This document shows positions 10,208-20,447 of a stretch of 64,000 nt of DNA, piece by piece. The translations under genes were made by a program, and so were the position numbers. The first letter of the stretch is position 1; the number at the start of each line of letters is the position of its first letter. The notes beneath the pieces are model-generated. The model ran no database searches and was not told the DNA's origin. It worked only from the letters and a program-made list of their open reading frames with translations. Source of the stretch: a virus (Duplodnaviria; Caudoviricetes); the IMG/VR virus record IMGVR_UViG_3300035419_000202, positions 17,596 to 81,595 of that record; one strand, written 5' to 3'.

Positions 10208-11090
10208 AATTAAAATCATTGATCAGGATATTATCTTTTTATCCTACGATGAACCCAATGCTGAAAAAAACTATGCCGATTTATGTAACAAGTTGCCTTG
10301 GGCAAAGCGTGTACACGGTGTAGATGGGTCAGATGCTGCACATAAAGCATGTGCAGACCTAAGTGAAACAGAATATTTTGTTACTGTTGATGGCGATAAC
10401 ATAATTGACACTGAATTCCTGCAACAAGAAATTGATATTGAAAAATTAGGAGTCACACCTGACCACGTTTTTAGTTGGTGCGGCAATGTTCATGTAAATG
10501 GACTAATGTACGGTAATGGTGGACTAAAGTTATGGACACGTAAGTTTGTTCATAACATGAAAACACATGAAAACAGCGATGCTAATGATACAGCAGGCTT
10601 AGTAGAATTCTGTTTTGATGAAAAATATTACCAATTCAACGACAACTACAGTACAAGTTACACAAACGCTACTCCGTTTCAAGCATGGAGAGCAGGTTTT
10701 CGTGAAGGTGTTAAAATGAGCCTAAATGAAGGTGCAAAACATGTTGATGTAAAAAACATTTGGTGGCAAAATTTAGACAGATTGCGTATTTGGTGTAGTA
10801 TTGGTGCTGATGTAGAAAATGGTAACTGGAGTATGCTTGGTGCAAGGATGGGTTGCTATATGACTATGTGTACAGATTGGGATTATACAAATGTACGTGA
10901 TTTTAAATACCTAACTAATTACTGGAAAGATGAAAAAGTTGCTGACTTAGATGTTAGTTCTGAGTTGTTTAGGTACGGCAATCTTATACGGTCAGAACTA
11001 AATTTAGAAATTGCTGACATAGACGCACTAGGAAGTAAATTTTTCAAAAGTGTATATCATAATACTCCAAGGATTATTAAAAAGAGATGA
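10200..11090 (+). CDS. GT-A-like glycosyltransferase
   Basis: FLSYDEPNAE, VHGV.G...AHKA, FVTVDGDN (DxD); homologous to the last domain of 18215..19894. Confidence 0.6.
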   Translation: MNKIKIIDQDIIFLSYDEPNAEKNYADLCNKLPWAKRVHGVDGSDAAHKACADLSETEYFVTVDGDNIIDTEFLQQEIDIEKLGVTPDHVFSWCGNVHVNGLMYGNGGLKLWTRKFVHNMKTHENSDANDTAGLVEFCFDEKYYQFNDNYSTSYTNATPFQAWRAGFREGVKMSLNEGAKHVDVKNIWWQNLDRLRIWCSIGADVENGNWSMLGARMGCYMTMCTDWDYTNVRDFKYLTNYWKDEKVADLDVSSELFRYGNLIRSELNLEIADIDALGSKFFKSVYHNTPRIIKKR

Positions 11091-12463
11091 ACACTGAATT
11101 AATTAGGATTAAGGAGATAATGCCAGGGCTCGAAAGAGAAACATCGCCTACTTTTTGTTTGGCTAAATGGCATCATGTAACAATCTACTTACAAACTGGT
11201 GAAACACATAGTTGTTATCATCCTGCTCCACACAAGATTCCGTTAGAAGGGCTGGAGCAAAATCCTAGTCAACTACATAACACTCCACAAAAAAAGCAAG
11301 AAAGACTTGCTATGCTTAACGGGCAGAAACCAAGTGGATGTCAATATTGCTGGAACATAGAATGTATGGGCAAAGACTATGTTAGTGACAGACATATAAA
11401 AACAACTAGCATTTATACTCCTGAACGCATTGAAGAAATAAAAAATAATCCTTGGGATTACGATATAAACCCTGAATATATTGAAGTTAACTTTAGTAAT
11501 GAATGTAACTTTAAATGCGGCTATTGTCATCCTAAATTTAGTAGTAGATACTACAGCGAAATAAAACAAAACGGTCCATATAGTAACAGTACAGAACATC
11601 GTAATGACATTGATTGGTTTGAATTGTATGAAGAAGATACTAACCCTTATGTAGACGCATGGTGGAAATGGTGGCCTGAAGTAAGCAAGACACTAAACAT
11701 TTTGCGTGTAACTGGCGGCGAGCCTTTGATGCATAAAAGCACATGGCGCCTGTTTGACGAACTAGAACAAAATCCTAAACCTCATTTAAATATTGAACTT
11801 AATAGTAATATGGGTGTTAAGCCTGCAATGGTATATAGGTTAGTGGAACGTGTAAAAGATCTAAAAGAAAAAGGTTGCATCAATAGTTTTAAATTATACA
11901 CAAGTATCGACACTTGGGGTAAACGTGCAGAATACACACGTACAGGACTAGACGTTGAACTATGGGAACGTAACTTAGATTACTATCTTACAGCAACAGG
12001 TTGGCCTGTAACATTTATGGTTACATTTAACTTATTTGTAGTTACAAGTTTTGATAGTTTGTTAGAAAAAATATTAGAATGGCGTAAAAAGTATAACACA
12101 GATGAAAATGAAACTCAGTGGCAACGTGTAAGATTTGATACACCGTATTTAAAAGAGCCACTACAATTTGATATGAATATTTTACCCAAAGACGAGTTTT
12201 TACCTTACATGGAAAAACATCTTAAATTTATACAAGATAATACTGATGACAAAGACCGAACAAAATTTAGTTCTTTAGAGTATGAAAGATTTAGGCGTGT
12301 AATAGACTACATGAAAAATACAGAATATGACCAAGATAAAATTATAAACGGTATGCGTAACTTCTATTCGTGGTTTTCAGAATATGACCGAAGAAGAAAA
12401 ACTAATTTAGTAGAAACATTTCCTGAGTTAGAAAAATTTTATAAGGATTGTAGTAATGTCTAA
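11087..12463 (+). CDS. Radical SAM enzyme with N-terminal Cys-rich domain
   Basis: CNFKCGYC (CX3CX2C), TGGEP; N-terminal FCLAKW...SC...CQYC. Confidence 0.9.
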   Translation: MNTELIRIKEIMPGLERETSPTFCLAKWHHVTIYLQTGETHSCYHPAPHKIPLEGLEQNPSQLHNTPQKKQERLAMLNGQKPSGCQYCWNIECMGKDYVSDRHIKTTSIYTPERIEEIKNNPWDYDINPEYIEVNFSNECNFKCGYCHPKFSSRYYSEIKQNGPYSNSTEHRNDIDWFELYEEDTNPYVDAWWKWWPEVSKTLNILRVTGGEPLMHKSTWRLFDELEQNPKPHLNIELNSNMGVKPAMVYRLVERVKDLKEKGCINSFKLYTSIDTWGKRAEYTRTGLDVELWERNLDYYLTATGWPVTFMVTFNLFVVTSFDSLLEKILEWRKKYNTDENETQWQRVRFDTPYLKEPLQFDMNILPKDEFLPYMEKHLKFIQDNTDDKDRTKFSSLEYERFRRVIDYMKNTEYDQDKIINGMRNFYSWFSEYDRRRKTNLVETFPELEKFYKDCSNV

Positions 12464-13730
12464 AACTTTAAGTTTTGCATACAAATGGTGCGGACCTAAA
12501 TGGCCAATAACTAACAATAGAGTGCCTACACTAGCAGACATAAATCATGCTATGAATGAAGGACACATAGATGATGATGTACAAGCGCCAGTAGTGTTTC
12601 AGTCATTTGAAAACAAAGAAATTATTTCTGCATTTGAGATTCCGCAAGACAAAAAGTATTTTTACGAATTAAATTTTACATCGTATTATTATAGAGATTG
12701 GACAAAACTTTTTAGTACTACTGATGGACCATTTGTTAATAATCCTCCTACTTCTACAGTTAGAGATCAAATACAGAATGGTAATGGATACGTACTTGTT
12801 ACTATTCCATTTGAAGGTTGGGCAACGCCTAAACATTGGGAAGTAATGACACGATTTTTTAATCATTATGAAATACCTTTAGACAAAGTTGTTTATTTTA
12901 CTAATTGTGCTAACGGCCAAGAGTTATATAATAAATGGGCAAATGGCACAGTAGGTCCTAAAATAAATGTAGAGTATTTCCCTACATTTAAAGTACATAG
13001 AACAAACGTAGAGCAAACACTTCTCAAAGAAGAACCTTATAAAGTGGGACCAAGAGAAAAAGACTTCTTGTGTTTTCAACGTAGATACAGCGATCATAGA
13101 CTTTCTTTTTTTATTAAAATGTTTAAAAGAAACTTACTTGATAAATTTTATATGAGTATGGATAGTAAACAACCAGAGTCAGGCCGATCATTTGAAAGTA
13201 ATGTTGATTACCTTATAAAACGTTATCCTAATTTAGGTATAGCCCAAGAAGATATTGCACCTAGTAAAAGCAAACTACCGTTAGTACTAGATAATCCAAA
13301 CTTTAACAGTTATCCTATGGAGGCAACTGAAGAGTCGATAGAACATTTTTTCAAAAACAGCCTAATAAATATTATTAGTGAAACTTTTTTCTTTACTGAT
13401 GAAATACACATTACAGAAAAAACTTATAAGCCTATTGCATATAAACAACCATTTATAATGATGGGTGCAAAAGGAAGTTTACAACACATAAAAAACATGG
13501 GATTTAAAACATTTGACCAGTGGTGGTCAGAAGATTATGATAATATTGCTGATCCTGTAGAACGTATAAACAGGATTTGTGACGTAGTACATATAATATC
13601 AGGTTGGTCTGATCTAGTAAAATTACAGTTTACAAAAGAAGTAGCAGAGATAGTTGAATATAATTTTAATCTTTTAAAAACAATACCTAATACTGAATTA
13701 GATTTAATAACAGAAAAATATGGAAACTAA
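12456..13730 (+). CDS. Glycosyltransferase-like protein (GT10/GT-B-related C-terminal domain)
   Basis: SLINIISET...ITEKTYKPIAYKQPFI..G motif resembles the GT10 donor-binding ENS...YITEK segment. Confidence 0.5.
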   Translation: MSKTLSFAYKWCGPKWPITNNRVPTLADINHAMNEGHIDDDVQAPVVFQSFENKEIISAFEIPQDKKYFYELNFTSYYYRDWTKLFSTTDGPFVNNPPTSTVRDQIQNGNGYVLVTIPFEGWATPKHWEVMTRFFNHYEIPLDKVVYFTNCANGQELYNKWANGTVGPKINVEYFPTFKVHRTNVEQTLLKEEPYKVGPREKDFLCFQRRYSDHRLSFFIKMFKRNLLDKFYMSMDSKQPESGRSFESNVDYLIKRYPNLGIAQEDIAPSKSKLPLVLDNPNFNSYPMEATEESIEHFFKNSLINIISETFFFTDEIHITEKTYKPIAYKQPFIMMGAKGSLQHIKNMGFKTFDQWWSEDYDNIADPVERINRICDVVHIISGWSDLVKLQFTKEVAEIVEYNFNLLKTIPNTELDLITEKYGN

Positions 13731-14700
13731 AATGAAAAAGAAAATACTAGTATGTGGAGCAGGCGGCTTCATAGGACATCACCTAGTTAATAAACTAGTT
13801 GAACAAGGACATTATGTAATAGGTGCAGATATAAAACAACCTGCTTTTGAACCTACAAAGGCACAAGAATTTTTTCAAGTAGATTTACGTAATCCAGACT
13901 TTGTTGCTGGTTGTGTAAAAACTGACCTAGATGAAGTGTACCAACTTGCGGCAGATATGGGCGGAACAGGATATATTGGCATTGGTGATCATGACAGTGA
14001 TATTATGCATAACAGTGCGTTAATAAATTTAAATGTATTGCATGAAGCAACTAAAAAAGGTATTAAAAAAATACTTTACACAAGTAGTGCATGTGTATAT
14101 CCTGAACGTAATCAGTTAGATCCTGACAATCCTTTTTGCGAAGAAAGTAGTGCGTATCCAGCAGAGCCTGATACAGAATACGGATGGGAAAAATTGTTTA
14201 GTGAAAGACTGTATCTAACACACAAGAAAAACTATGACATTGATGCAAAAGTTGTAAGACTACATAATGTATTTGGTCCACTTGGAAGTTGGGAAGATGG
14301 TAAAGAAAAAGCACCTGCGGCACTATGTCGTAAAGTTGCTGAAAGCGACGGTACTGTAGATATATGGGGACCAGGAAATCAAACTAGAAGTTTCTTGTAT
14401 ATAGAAGAATGTATTACAGGCTTACAAAAAATTATGGCAAGTAATATTGATCAACCAGTAAACCTTGGTAGCGAAAGAATGATTTCTATCAATGATCTAG
14501 CACAACTTATAGGTCAAATTGCTGGTAAGAATACTTTAGAAATTAACAATGTAGATGGTCCAATTGGAGTGATGGGTAGAACCAGTCATAACAATCTTAT
14601 TGAAGAATTACTTGGCTGGCGACCCGGCGAAGATTTAGAGTATGGACTTAAACATACCTATGCATGGATAAAGGATAAAGTTGATGAGCGTACACAGTAA
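13720..14700 (+). CDS. NAD-dependent epimerase, GDP-mannose 3,5-epimerase-like
   Basis: GAGGFIG, YQLAADMGG.GYI, SSACVYPE, YGWEKLFSE, EKAPAALCRK are signature segments of the GME subfamily. Confidence 0.85.
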   Translation: METKMKKKILVCGAGGFIGHHLVNKLVEQGHYVIGADIKQPAFEPTKAQEFFQVDLRNPDFVAGCVKTDLDEVYQLAADMGGTGYIGIGDHDSDIMHNSALINLNVLHEATKKGIKKILYTSSACVYPERNQLDPDNPFCEESSAYPAEPDTEYGWEKLFSERLYLTHKKNYDIDAKVVRLHNVFGPLGSWEDGKEKAPAALCRKVAESDGTVDIWGPGNQTRSFLYIEECITGLQKIMASNIDQPVNLGSERMISINDLAQLIGQIAGKNTLEINNVDGPIGVMGRTSHNNLIEELLGWRPGEDLEYGLKHTYAWIKDKVDERTQ

Positions 14701-15799
14701 AACAGGTAAGAAATGGTCACATGACTTAGCGTTTAGTGATGTACAAGACCTAAGCACAGTAGACCTTGAAAGTACAGAAGTTGTATACTACCATCATCCT
14801 TATGATTCATTGATGGAAGGCGTACCTTTGTTAAATGCATTAAATAAACCAAATTGGAATCATATCAAACGTTTTAAAGACGTTCATTTAGTACATGAAA
14901 ACGATAGTGAAACATTTAGTATTGACTTTGCAGAAGATCTAAAAAATACTTTAGTTGAACACAGTTTAGGATTTGACGATATTAAAGTTATTGTTATGGA
15001 TGAAAATCATAAACAATTTTTACAATCATATCTTGCAAAGCATGGCAGAGATTGTAATATTATAGTTGATAACTATTTGCTTAAAGAAGTAACTATACCG
15101 GAATCACACGATGCAGATATTACACACAAGTTTAGCAGCCTAAGCCGTAATTACAGAGACTGGCGAGCAATACTATATGTAAAACTAATTGACAGTGGTG
15201 TGTTACAAGAACATTTCAAATACAGTTTTTTTAATATATGGCCATATCAAAATCCTCCAAAAGTTTTTAAAGCAAAACAAATAGTTGAAGATTTAGAAAA
15301 AAGATTTGTACCAACAAGCAAAGAAGCATACCGTTGGCTCAAACAATGTCCACATGAATTAGATACAAATACCAGTGTATTAAACAAATGGTCAAATGTA
15401 ACATATGATGCAATATTATCAGCAGATTTTCATATTGCTATTGAAACACATTTTGATCAAACCTATTATACAAACAAAAGCGAGTACGATAGGACATTTG
15501 CACCCACAAGTATCACAGAAAAAACATACAAGGCTGTAGCATGTAAGAAACCATTTATTGCGTTTAGTACACCTCGCATGCTTGTGGACTTCAGGGCATT
15601 AGGTTTTAAAACATTTAATCCGTATATAGACGAATCCTATGATGTAGAAACAGACAACAAAAAACGGATAAATATGATTGTAGACGAAATTACTCGCATT
15701 TGCAATCTTCCTCCACAAGAGTATGCAGATGTACTAGAAGGTATAAAAGAAATTACCGAGTACAATTTTCGTAAACTTGTAGAGAAACAAAATGCATAA
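14684..15799 (+). CDS. Glycosyltransferase-like protein (paralog of 12456 and 17064)
   Basis: FHIAIETH...ITEKTYKAVACKKPFI...GFKTF..YIDESYD. Confidence 0.5.
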   Translation: MSVHSKTGKKWSHDLAFSDVQDLSTVDLESTEVVYYHHPYDSLMEGVPLLNALNKPNWNHIKRFKDVHLVHENDSETFSIDFAEDLKNTLVEHSLGFDDIKVIVMDENHKQFLQSYLAKHGRDCNIIVDNYLLKEVTIPESHDADITHKFSSLSRNYRDWRAILYVKLIDSGVLQEHFKYSFFNIWPYQNPPKVFKAKQIVEDLEKRFVPTSKEAYRWLKQCPHELDTNTSVLNKWSNVTYDAILSADFHIAIETHFDQTYYTNKSEYDRTFAPTSITEKTYKAVACKKPFIAFSTPRMLVDFRALGFKTFNPYIDESYDVETDNKKRINMIVDEITRICNLPPQEYADVLEGIKEITEYNFRKLVEKQNA

Positions 15800-16472
15800 T
15801 GAAATTTATCAACACTTTAACAGTTTAGATATTACACCAAAAAAAGTTAGCAGCGATCCTACAGATATCTGGATTGTTGATAATTTTTTGCCTCAGAACA
15901 TATACGAAGCAGTAGTTAAACAGATTACTGATATTCCTGATGCACAATGGAGTACATTTGCAAATGATTCTAGTAGTAGATCAGAATGCAGAAACCCTGT
16001 AAATGCACCACTACTAGAAACATTACAAAACACTTTTAATTCAAGTAAAACTATAAACTGGTTACAAGAACAAATTGGTATTACTGGACTTGTAGCAGAT
16101 CCACATTTACGTGGCGGAGGGCTATGTAAAGTACACAACGGTTACAAATTAGATCTACATACAGATTTTAATTGGAACGACCAAATTAAACTTAATAGAA
16201 AAGTTAATTTAATACTTTACTTAAATGAATGCTGGGATGAATCTTGGGGCGGAGATTTAGAATTCTGGGACAACGAAAAAACAAAATGTATGCATAGGTT
16301 AACACCTAAGCCTAATCGACTTGCATTTTGGATATACGATACAGATCTTGTACATGGATTTCCTAACCAATTACAAACGCCTGATGATACGTCAAGAGAT
16401 AATTTAATATTATTTTATTACACTAGCAATGGCACATGGGAAAAGGAACCAAGAAGATCTCAATTTATGTAG
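15792..16472 (+). CDS. 2OG-Fe(II) oxygenase, prolyl-hydroxylase-like
   Basis: LHTD (HxD), LILYLN..W...WGGDLEFW, distal VHG, terminal R. Confidence 0.85.
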   Translation: MHNEIYQHFNSLDITPKKVSSDPTDIWIVDNFLPQNIYEAVVKQITDIPDAQWSTFANDSSSRSECRNPVNAPLLETLQNTFNSSKTINWLQEQIGITGLVADPHLRGGGLCKVHNGYKLDLHTDFNWNDQIKLNRKVNLILYLNECWDESWGGDLEFWDNEKTKCMHRLTPKPNRLAFWIYDTDLVHGFPNQLQTPDDTSRDNLILFYYTSNGTWEKEPRRSQFM

Positions 16473-16479
16473 AGGATCT

Positions 16480-17064
16480 ATGGCTAACTTTCATCTTTAT
16501 GCAGAACCATTTATAAAACAATTACCTGACAACCGTTCTATTGTATTAGAGATCGGTAGCGAACGTGGCGAAGGTAGTACAGCATGGTTTGACAGCATTT
16601 CAAAAAAATTAAACAAAGAATTTTATACTGTTGACGTAACAGACTACGCATCTAAAACTCTTAAACATCTTAAAAATACAAAGTTCATTGTAGCAGAAGC
16701 AGGCTCTAGTTGGGCGAAAATTTATCTTGATAAATCGATTAGTGTTTTGTATCTAGATAATTATGACTGGATAAGCACTATGAATAATATACGTCCTGTA
16801 GAAAAAGAACTTATAAGCGAATATAATACTAGAGGTGTTAAAATGACAAACTTTGATTGTCAGCGTGAACACCTAGAACAAATGGTGCGTTGCATGCCTT
16901 ACATGGACAAGAAAAGTATTATAATATGCGATGACACACCATTTGACGAAAGCTCAGGAGTATACTTTGGTAAAAATGGACCTGTAATACCCTATGCGGT
17001 AATACATGGTTATAAAATAGCATACAGCGACAACAACGGTGTAATACTTACAAGAGGTATATAA
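16480..17064 (+). CDS. Class I SAM-dependent methyltransferase-like protein
   Basis: AGAGG RBS before ATG 16480; VLEIGSERGEGS motif I, LYLD, IICDDT. Confidence 0.6.
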   Translation: MANFHLYAEPFIKQLPDNRSIVLEIGSERGEGSTAWFDSISKKLNKEFYTVDVTDYASKTLKHLKNTKFIVAEAGSSWAKIYLDKSISVLYLDNYDWISTMNNIRPVEKELISEYNTRGVKMTNFDCQREHLEQMVRCMPYMDKKSIIICDDTPFDESSGVYFGKNGPVIPYAVIHGYKIAYSDNNGVILTRGI

Positions 17065-18194
17065 TGAAGTTACAGTTTATGAGACCAGACAGATTAAATT
17101 TAGATCATGTACCTGAAATAAAAAAAGTACGATCATTCAAACAGTTTATACAGAGATACAAAACACCCGAACTAGGAGTTGGATTTGGCAATCCAAGTAC
17201 TGAATGTATTTTTCCTATCGAAGTTTCTAAACTATCGCATCAATGGACAGGCGATGCATTGGACATTGATTCCTTTAACACACTATTAAATATTCCTATG
17301 GAAGTAATACGTCTTGTACAACAAGGGAAATGTAGAATTGCAATTATTAGTATTGTAGAAGGTGATTCATATATTGGAGAAAATTGGAATTCATTTAAAG
17401 CATTGCATCATGATATGGAACAAAGAAAATTACCAAACGATAGTGTAATAATTGTAAGTGGTAATTTGAGGTTAAATGAAGAATATCAACAATGGTGTAA
17501 AAATGCAAACGTTTATCCTAAGTTAGAAATACAGGGCGGTATAGAATGGGATGCCAAAACAGCGTATAAGGAAGATGATCTTGTAATTGATAGTGTACTA
17601 CGTAATTGGAGTGACCTAGCAAAATTTAACAGTCTTAATAGGACTGATAGGCCGCATAGACGTAGGCACATTGACTGGTTAGAAAGTCAACCAAGGTTTA
17701 CACATGACAACCTAGTATCAGGATATGGATACAAAGTAGATGTAGATAATACTGTTGGCGGTTTAGGTAATGTAACAAATAGAGACATTTACAATGCAAG
17801 TCAGCTCAGTGTTGTTACAGAAACGTTTTTTGAAGAACCTGGATTGTTTATTACTGAAAAAACATTTAGGTCAATTGCTATTGGACATCCTTGTTTAGTA
17901 TTAGGACAACACGGAATACTAGATTACTTTGATAGTATAGGTATTAACTTACGTTTACCAGGTTTAAACACCGACTACGACAGCGTACAAGACCCTACAG
18001 TGCGTTTTAATTTGTTCCACGATACTTTACAGTACTGGGTACATTTAGAGCATACAGAACGCTATAACTTGCTTAAAAGATGGCAACCTATCTTAAAAAA
18101 GAACGCACAAGTGTATAACAGCATTGATTTTAAGCAAGAAATAACTAGAAATATTGTTCGATCTACAGAAAAATATTTCTTGACTAAACCCTAA
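17064..18194 (+). CDS. Glycosyltransferase-like protein (third TEKT paralog)
   Basis: SVVTETFF...FITEKTFRSIAIGHPCLVLG. Confidence 0.5.
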   Translation: MKLQFMRPDRLNLDHVPEIKKVRSFKQFIQRYKTPELGVGFGNPSTECIFPIEVSKLSHQWTGDALDIDSFNTLLNIPMEVIRLVQQGKCRIAIISIVEGDSYIGENWNSFKALHHDMEQRKLPNDSVIIVSGNLRLNEEYQQWCKNANVYPKLEIQGGIEWDAKTAYKEDDLVIDSVLRNWSDLAKFNSLNRTDRPHRRRHIDWLESQPRFTHDNLVSGYGYKVDVDNTVGGLGNVTNRDIYNASQLSVVTETFFEEPGLFITEKTFRSIAIGHPCLVLGQHGILDYFDSIGINLRLPGLNTDYDSVQDPTVRFNLFHDTLQYWVHLEHTERYNLLKRWQPILKKNAQVYNSIDFKQEITRNIVRSTEKYFLTKP

Positions 18195-18208
18195 AAAAGT
18201 AGTATAAT
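18180..18208 (+). promoter_or_regulatory. sigma70-type promoter
   Basis: TTGACT (18180) - 17 nt - TATAAT (18203); ATG follows 6 nt after the -10 box with no SD, so possibly a leaderless mRNA. Confidence 0.75.
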
Positions 18209-18214
18209 AACAAG

Positions 18215-19894
18215 ATGTATGATATAATTTTCGTGTCTGCAAAAGAAAATAGAACACAGTATAAAAAACTGTGTGATAGATTCCCTACGGCTAAGTTTGC
18301 AACAAGTTTTGAGCAAGCACAACGTAAAGCTCTGAGCGATATGTTTTATGTTGTTTGGGATGATGTAGATGTACAGGATAGTTTTGCATTTGATTATGAA
18401 GTTCCTAAATGGGATAGAAAATATGTACATACATTTTTAAATGACACATACTTTGATGGTATATGTTTAGTACCAAAGGACATACATATATCAGCAAAAG
18501 AAATAAAACACAGATTTTTTGTAAACAAAAAAGAAGTCGACATAGTAGCAAGTATGCCAACTAGGTATGACGTTTTTCATATAGATTCTTATAAAGATTA
18601 CGAAGAAGCACTTGAAAAGTGTAATACCGATATGTTTTGGTGTATATGGAAGAACGTAGAACTAACCAAAAGTGTCATACTAGCGTCATACTTTAGTCAC
18701 CACAATAGTTATGATAGAAATGAAAACCATGTATACAAAAATGCATGTAACGATGAAGAAAGTTATCACGGTGGTGTTGTACTTGCATCTGTTAACAAGC
18801 CTTTGTCTAAAAGAGAAGTAGAACATAGATTTTTAATCAACAGAAAAGAAGTTGATGTAGTTGCTAGTAGATACAGATACCCAAAGCATGTTGTTAGCTC
18901 GTATGAACAGTATGAAAAAATACTATTAACAGAAACAAGTCCTTTGTTTTGGTTAGTTTGGGATAACGTTGATGTAACTGATAAAACAATATTTGATTTG
19001 TACTACAATCCTACAGATGGCAGGTATGATGCTGACAGAGAAATGCATCATGTGTATAAGCATTTATTTAAAGGCGAGGAAACATATCACAATGGTGTTG
19101 TGCTAACAACTACCAAACACACACTAGGTAGACGTGAATTTAACAGTAGGTATGTTGTAACAAGAAAAGAACACGAACGAGTAGTATCAGAGCCGTTGCC
19201 TTATGATGTCGTATTCATTAGTTATAAAGAGCCCAATGCTGATAAACATTTTCAAAAATTACAAGATAAAATTAGGCAAGACGATCCAAGAATAAGTTTA
19301 CGTTGGGTAAGAGATGTTAAAGGAATACATCAAGCACACAAAAAAGCCGCTGAGTTATCATCAACTAGAATGTTTTTTGTAGTAGACGGCGATGCTGATA
19401 TGTGTGATGATTTTAAATTTGATTACCAAGTGCCTGTGTGGGACGAAACAACTGTACATGTATGGAGAAGTATAAATCCTGTTAATGGATTACAGTACGG
19501 TAACGGTGGTGTTAAACTGTTACCAAGACTACTTACAGAAAATGTAGATGTTAACACAACTGACATGACTACTAGTATTAGTGATAGATTTAAAGTTGTA
19601 GACCAAATAAGTAATTATACAGTGTTTAATACTGATGCATATAATACTTGGAAAAGTGCATTTAGAGAATGTACTAAACTAGCAAGTAAAAGTATTACTG
19701 GACAAATTGATGATGAAACAGAAGATAGATTGCAAGCATGGCTACATCCTATACCAGATGCATCATTTAGAGCAGAAGCAAAACGTGGTGCTGAACAAGG
19801 CACTGTGTTTGGAAAAGAAAATAAAAACAAGCCCGAAGTCCTTGCACTTATTAACGACTTTGATTGGCTAGAGGAAAAGTTTAATGATCAATAA
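18215..19894 (+). CDS. Multi-repeat GT-A-like glycosyltransferase, 559 aa
   Basis: Four related modules; the last has FISYKEPNAD, GIHQAHK, FFVVDGD, YGNGGVKL and AWKSAFRE-like segments, as in 10200..11090. Confidence 0.6.
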   Translation: MYDIIFVSAKENRTQYKKLCDRFPTAKFATSFEQAQRKALSDMFYVVWDDVDVQDSFAFDYEVPKWDRKYVHTFLNDTYFDGICLVPKDIHISAKEIKHRFFVNKKEVDIVASMPTRYDVFHIDSYKDYEEALEKCNTDMFWCIWKNVELTKSVILASYFSHHNSYDRNENHVYKNACNDEESYHGGVVLASVNKPLSKREVEHRFLINRKEVDVVASRYRYPKHVVSSYEQYEKILLTETSPLFWLVWDNVDVTDKTIFDLYYNPTDGRYDADREMHHVYKHLFKGEETYHNGVVLTTTKHTLGRREFNSRYVVTRKEHERVVSEPLPYDVVFISYKEPNADKHFQKLQDKIRQDDPRISLRWVRDVKGIHQAHKKAAELSSTRMFFVVDGDADMCDDFKFDYQVPVWDETTVHVWRSINPVNGLQYGNGGVKLLPRLLTENVDVNTTDMTTSISDRFKVVDQISNYTVFNTDAYNTWKSAFRECTKLASKSITGQIDDETEDRLQAWLHPIPDASFRAEAKRGAEQGTVFGKENKNKPEVLALINDFDWLEEKFNDQ

Positions 19895-20447
19895 ACATTT
19901 TTGTGTACCTATTTTAGTTAAAGATAATTTTTGTTTGGAAGAAATTCCTGCAATGAAAAAAATTATTGATAACGAAGTAGTAACTAACACGACATTAGAT
20001 GCACGTATACAAACAACACATCACACTAACCAACAATTATTTCAATATAGAGAATTTGATAATTTTAATCAGGCTATGTTACAAGAGGCTTTTCACTTTA
20101 TGAAAGATCTTGGTTATGCTGGAGAGAGTGTTGGTATTACAAATATGTGGGCAAACAAAGTAGGCAAGCATGACTATCATATGCCGCATGTACACGGTGG
20201 AGCCATTGTTACAGGTGTGTATTATTTAGATGCTCCTAAAGATGCAAAAATTAACTTTAGTACAGCAAGTTATGATTTAGAAATACATCCTGAAGAGCAA
20301 ACAGAATATAACGAAACTAAAGTATCTTACGATTGTAAGCCTGGTAGATTAATTTTATTTAAAGGAACAACAAAACATTGGTGTGACAGTCATTTACAAG
20401 ATGACTACAAATACACACTAGCATTTAATGTTGCACGGCGTCTATGA
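19884..20447 (+). CDS. 2OG-Fe(II) oxygenase (TIGR02466-like)
   Basis: MWAN...HMPHVH...GVYYL...GRLILF...H...YTLAFN. Confidence 0.8.
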   Translation: MINKHFCVPILVKDNFCLEEIPAMKKIIDNEVVTNTTLDARIQTTHHTNQQLFQYREFDNFNQAMLQEAFHFMKDLGYAGESVGITNMWANKVGKHDYHMPHVHGGAIVTGVYYLDAPKDAKINFSTASYDLEIHPEEQTEYNETKVSYDCKPGRLILFKGTTKHWCDSHLQDDYKYTLAFNVARRL

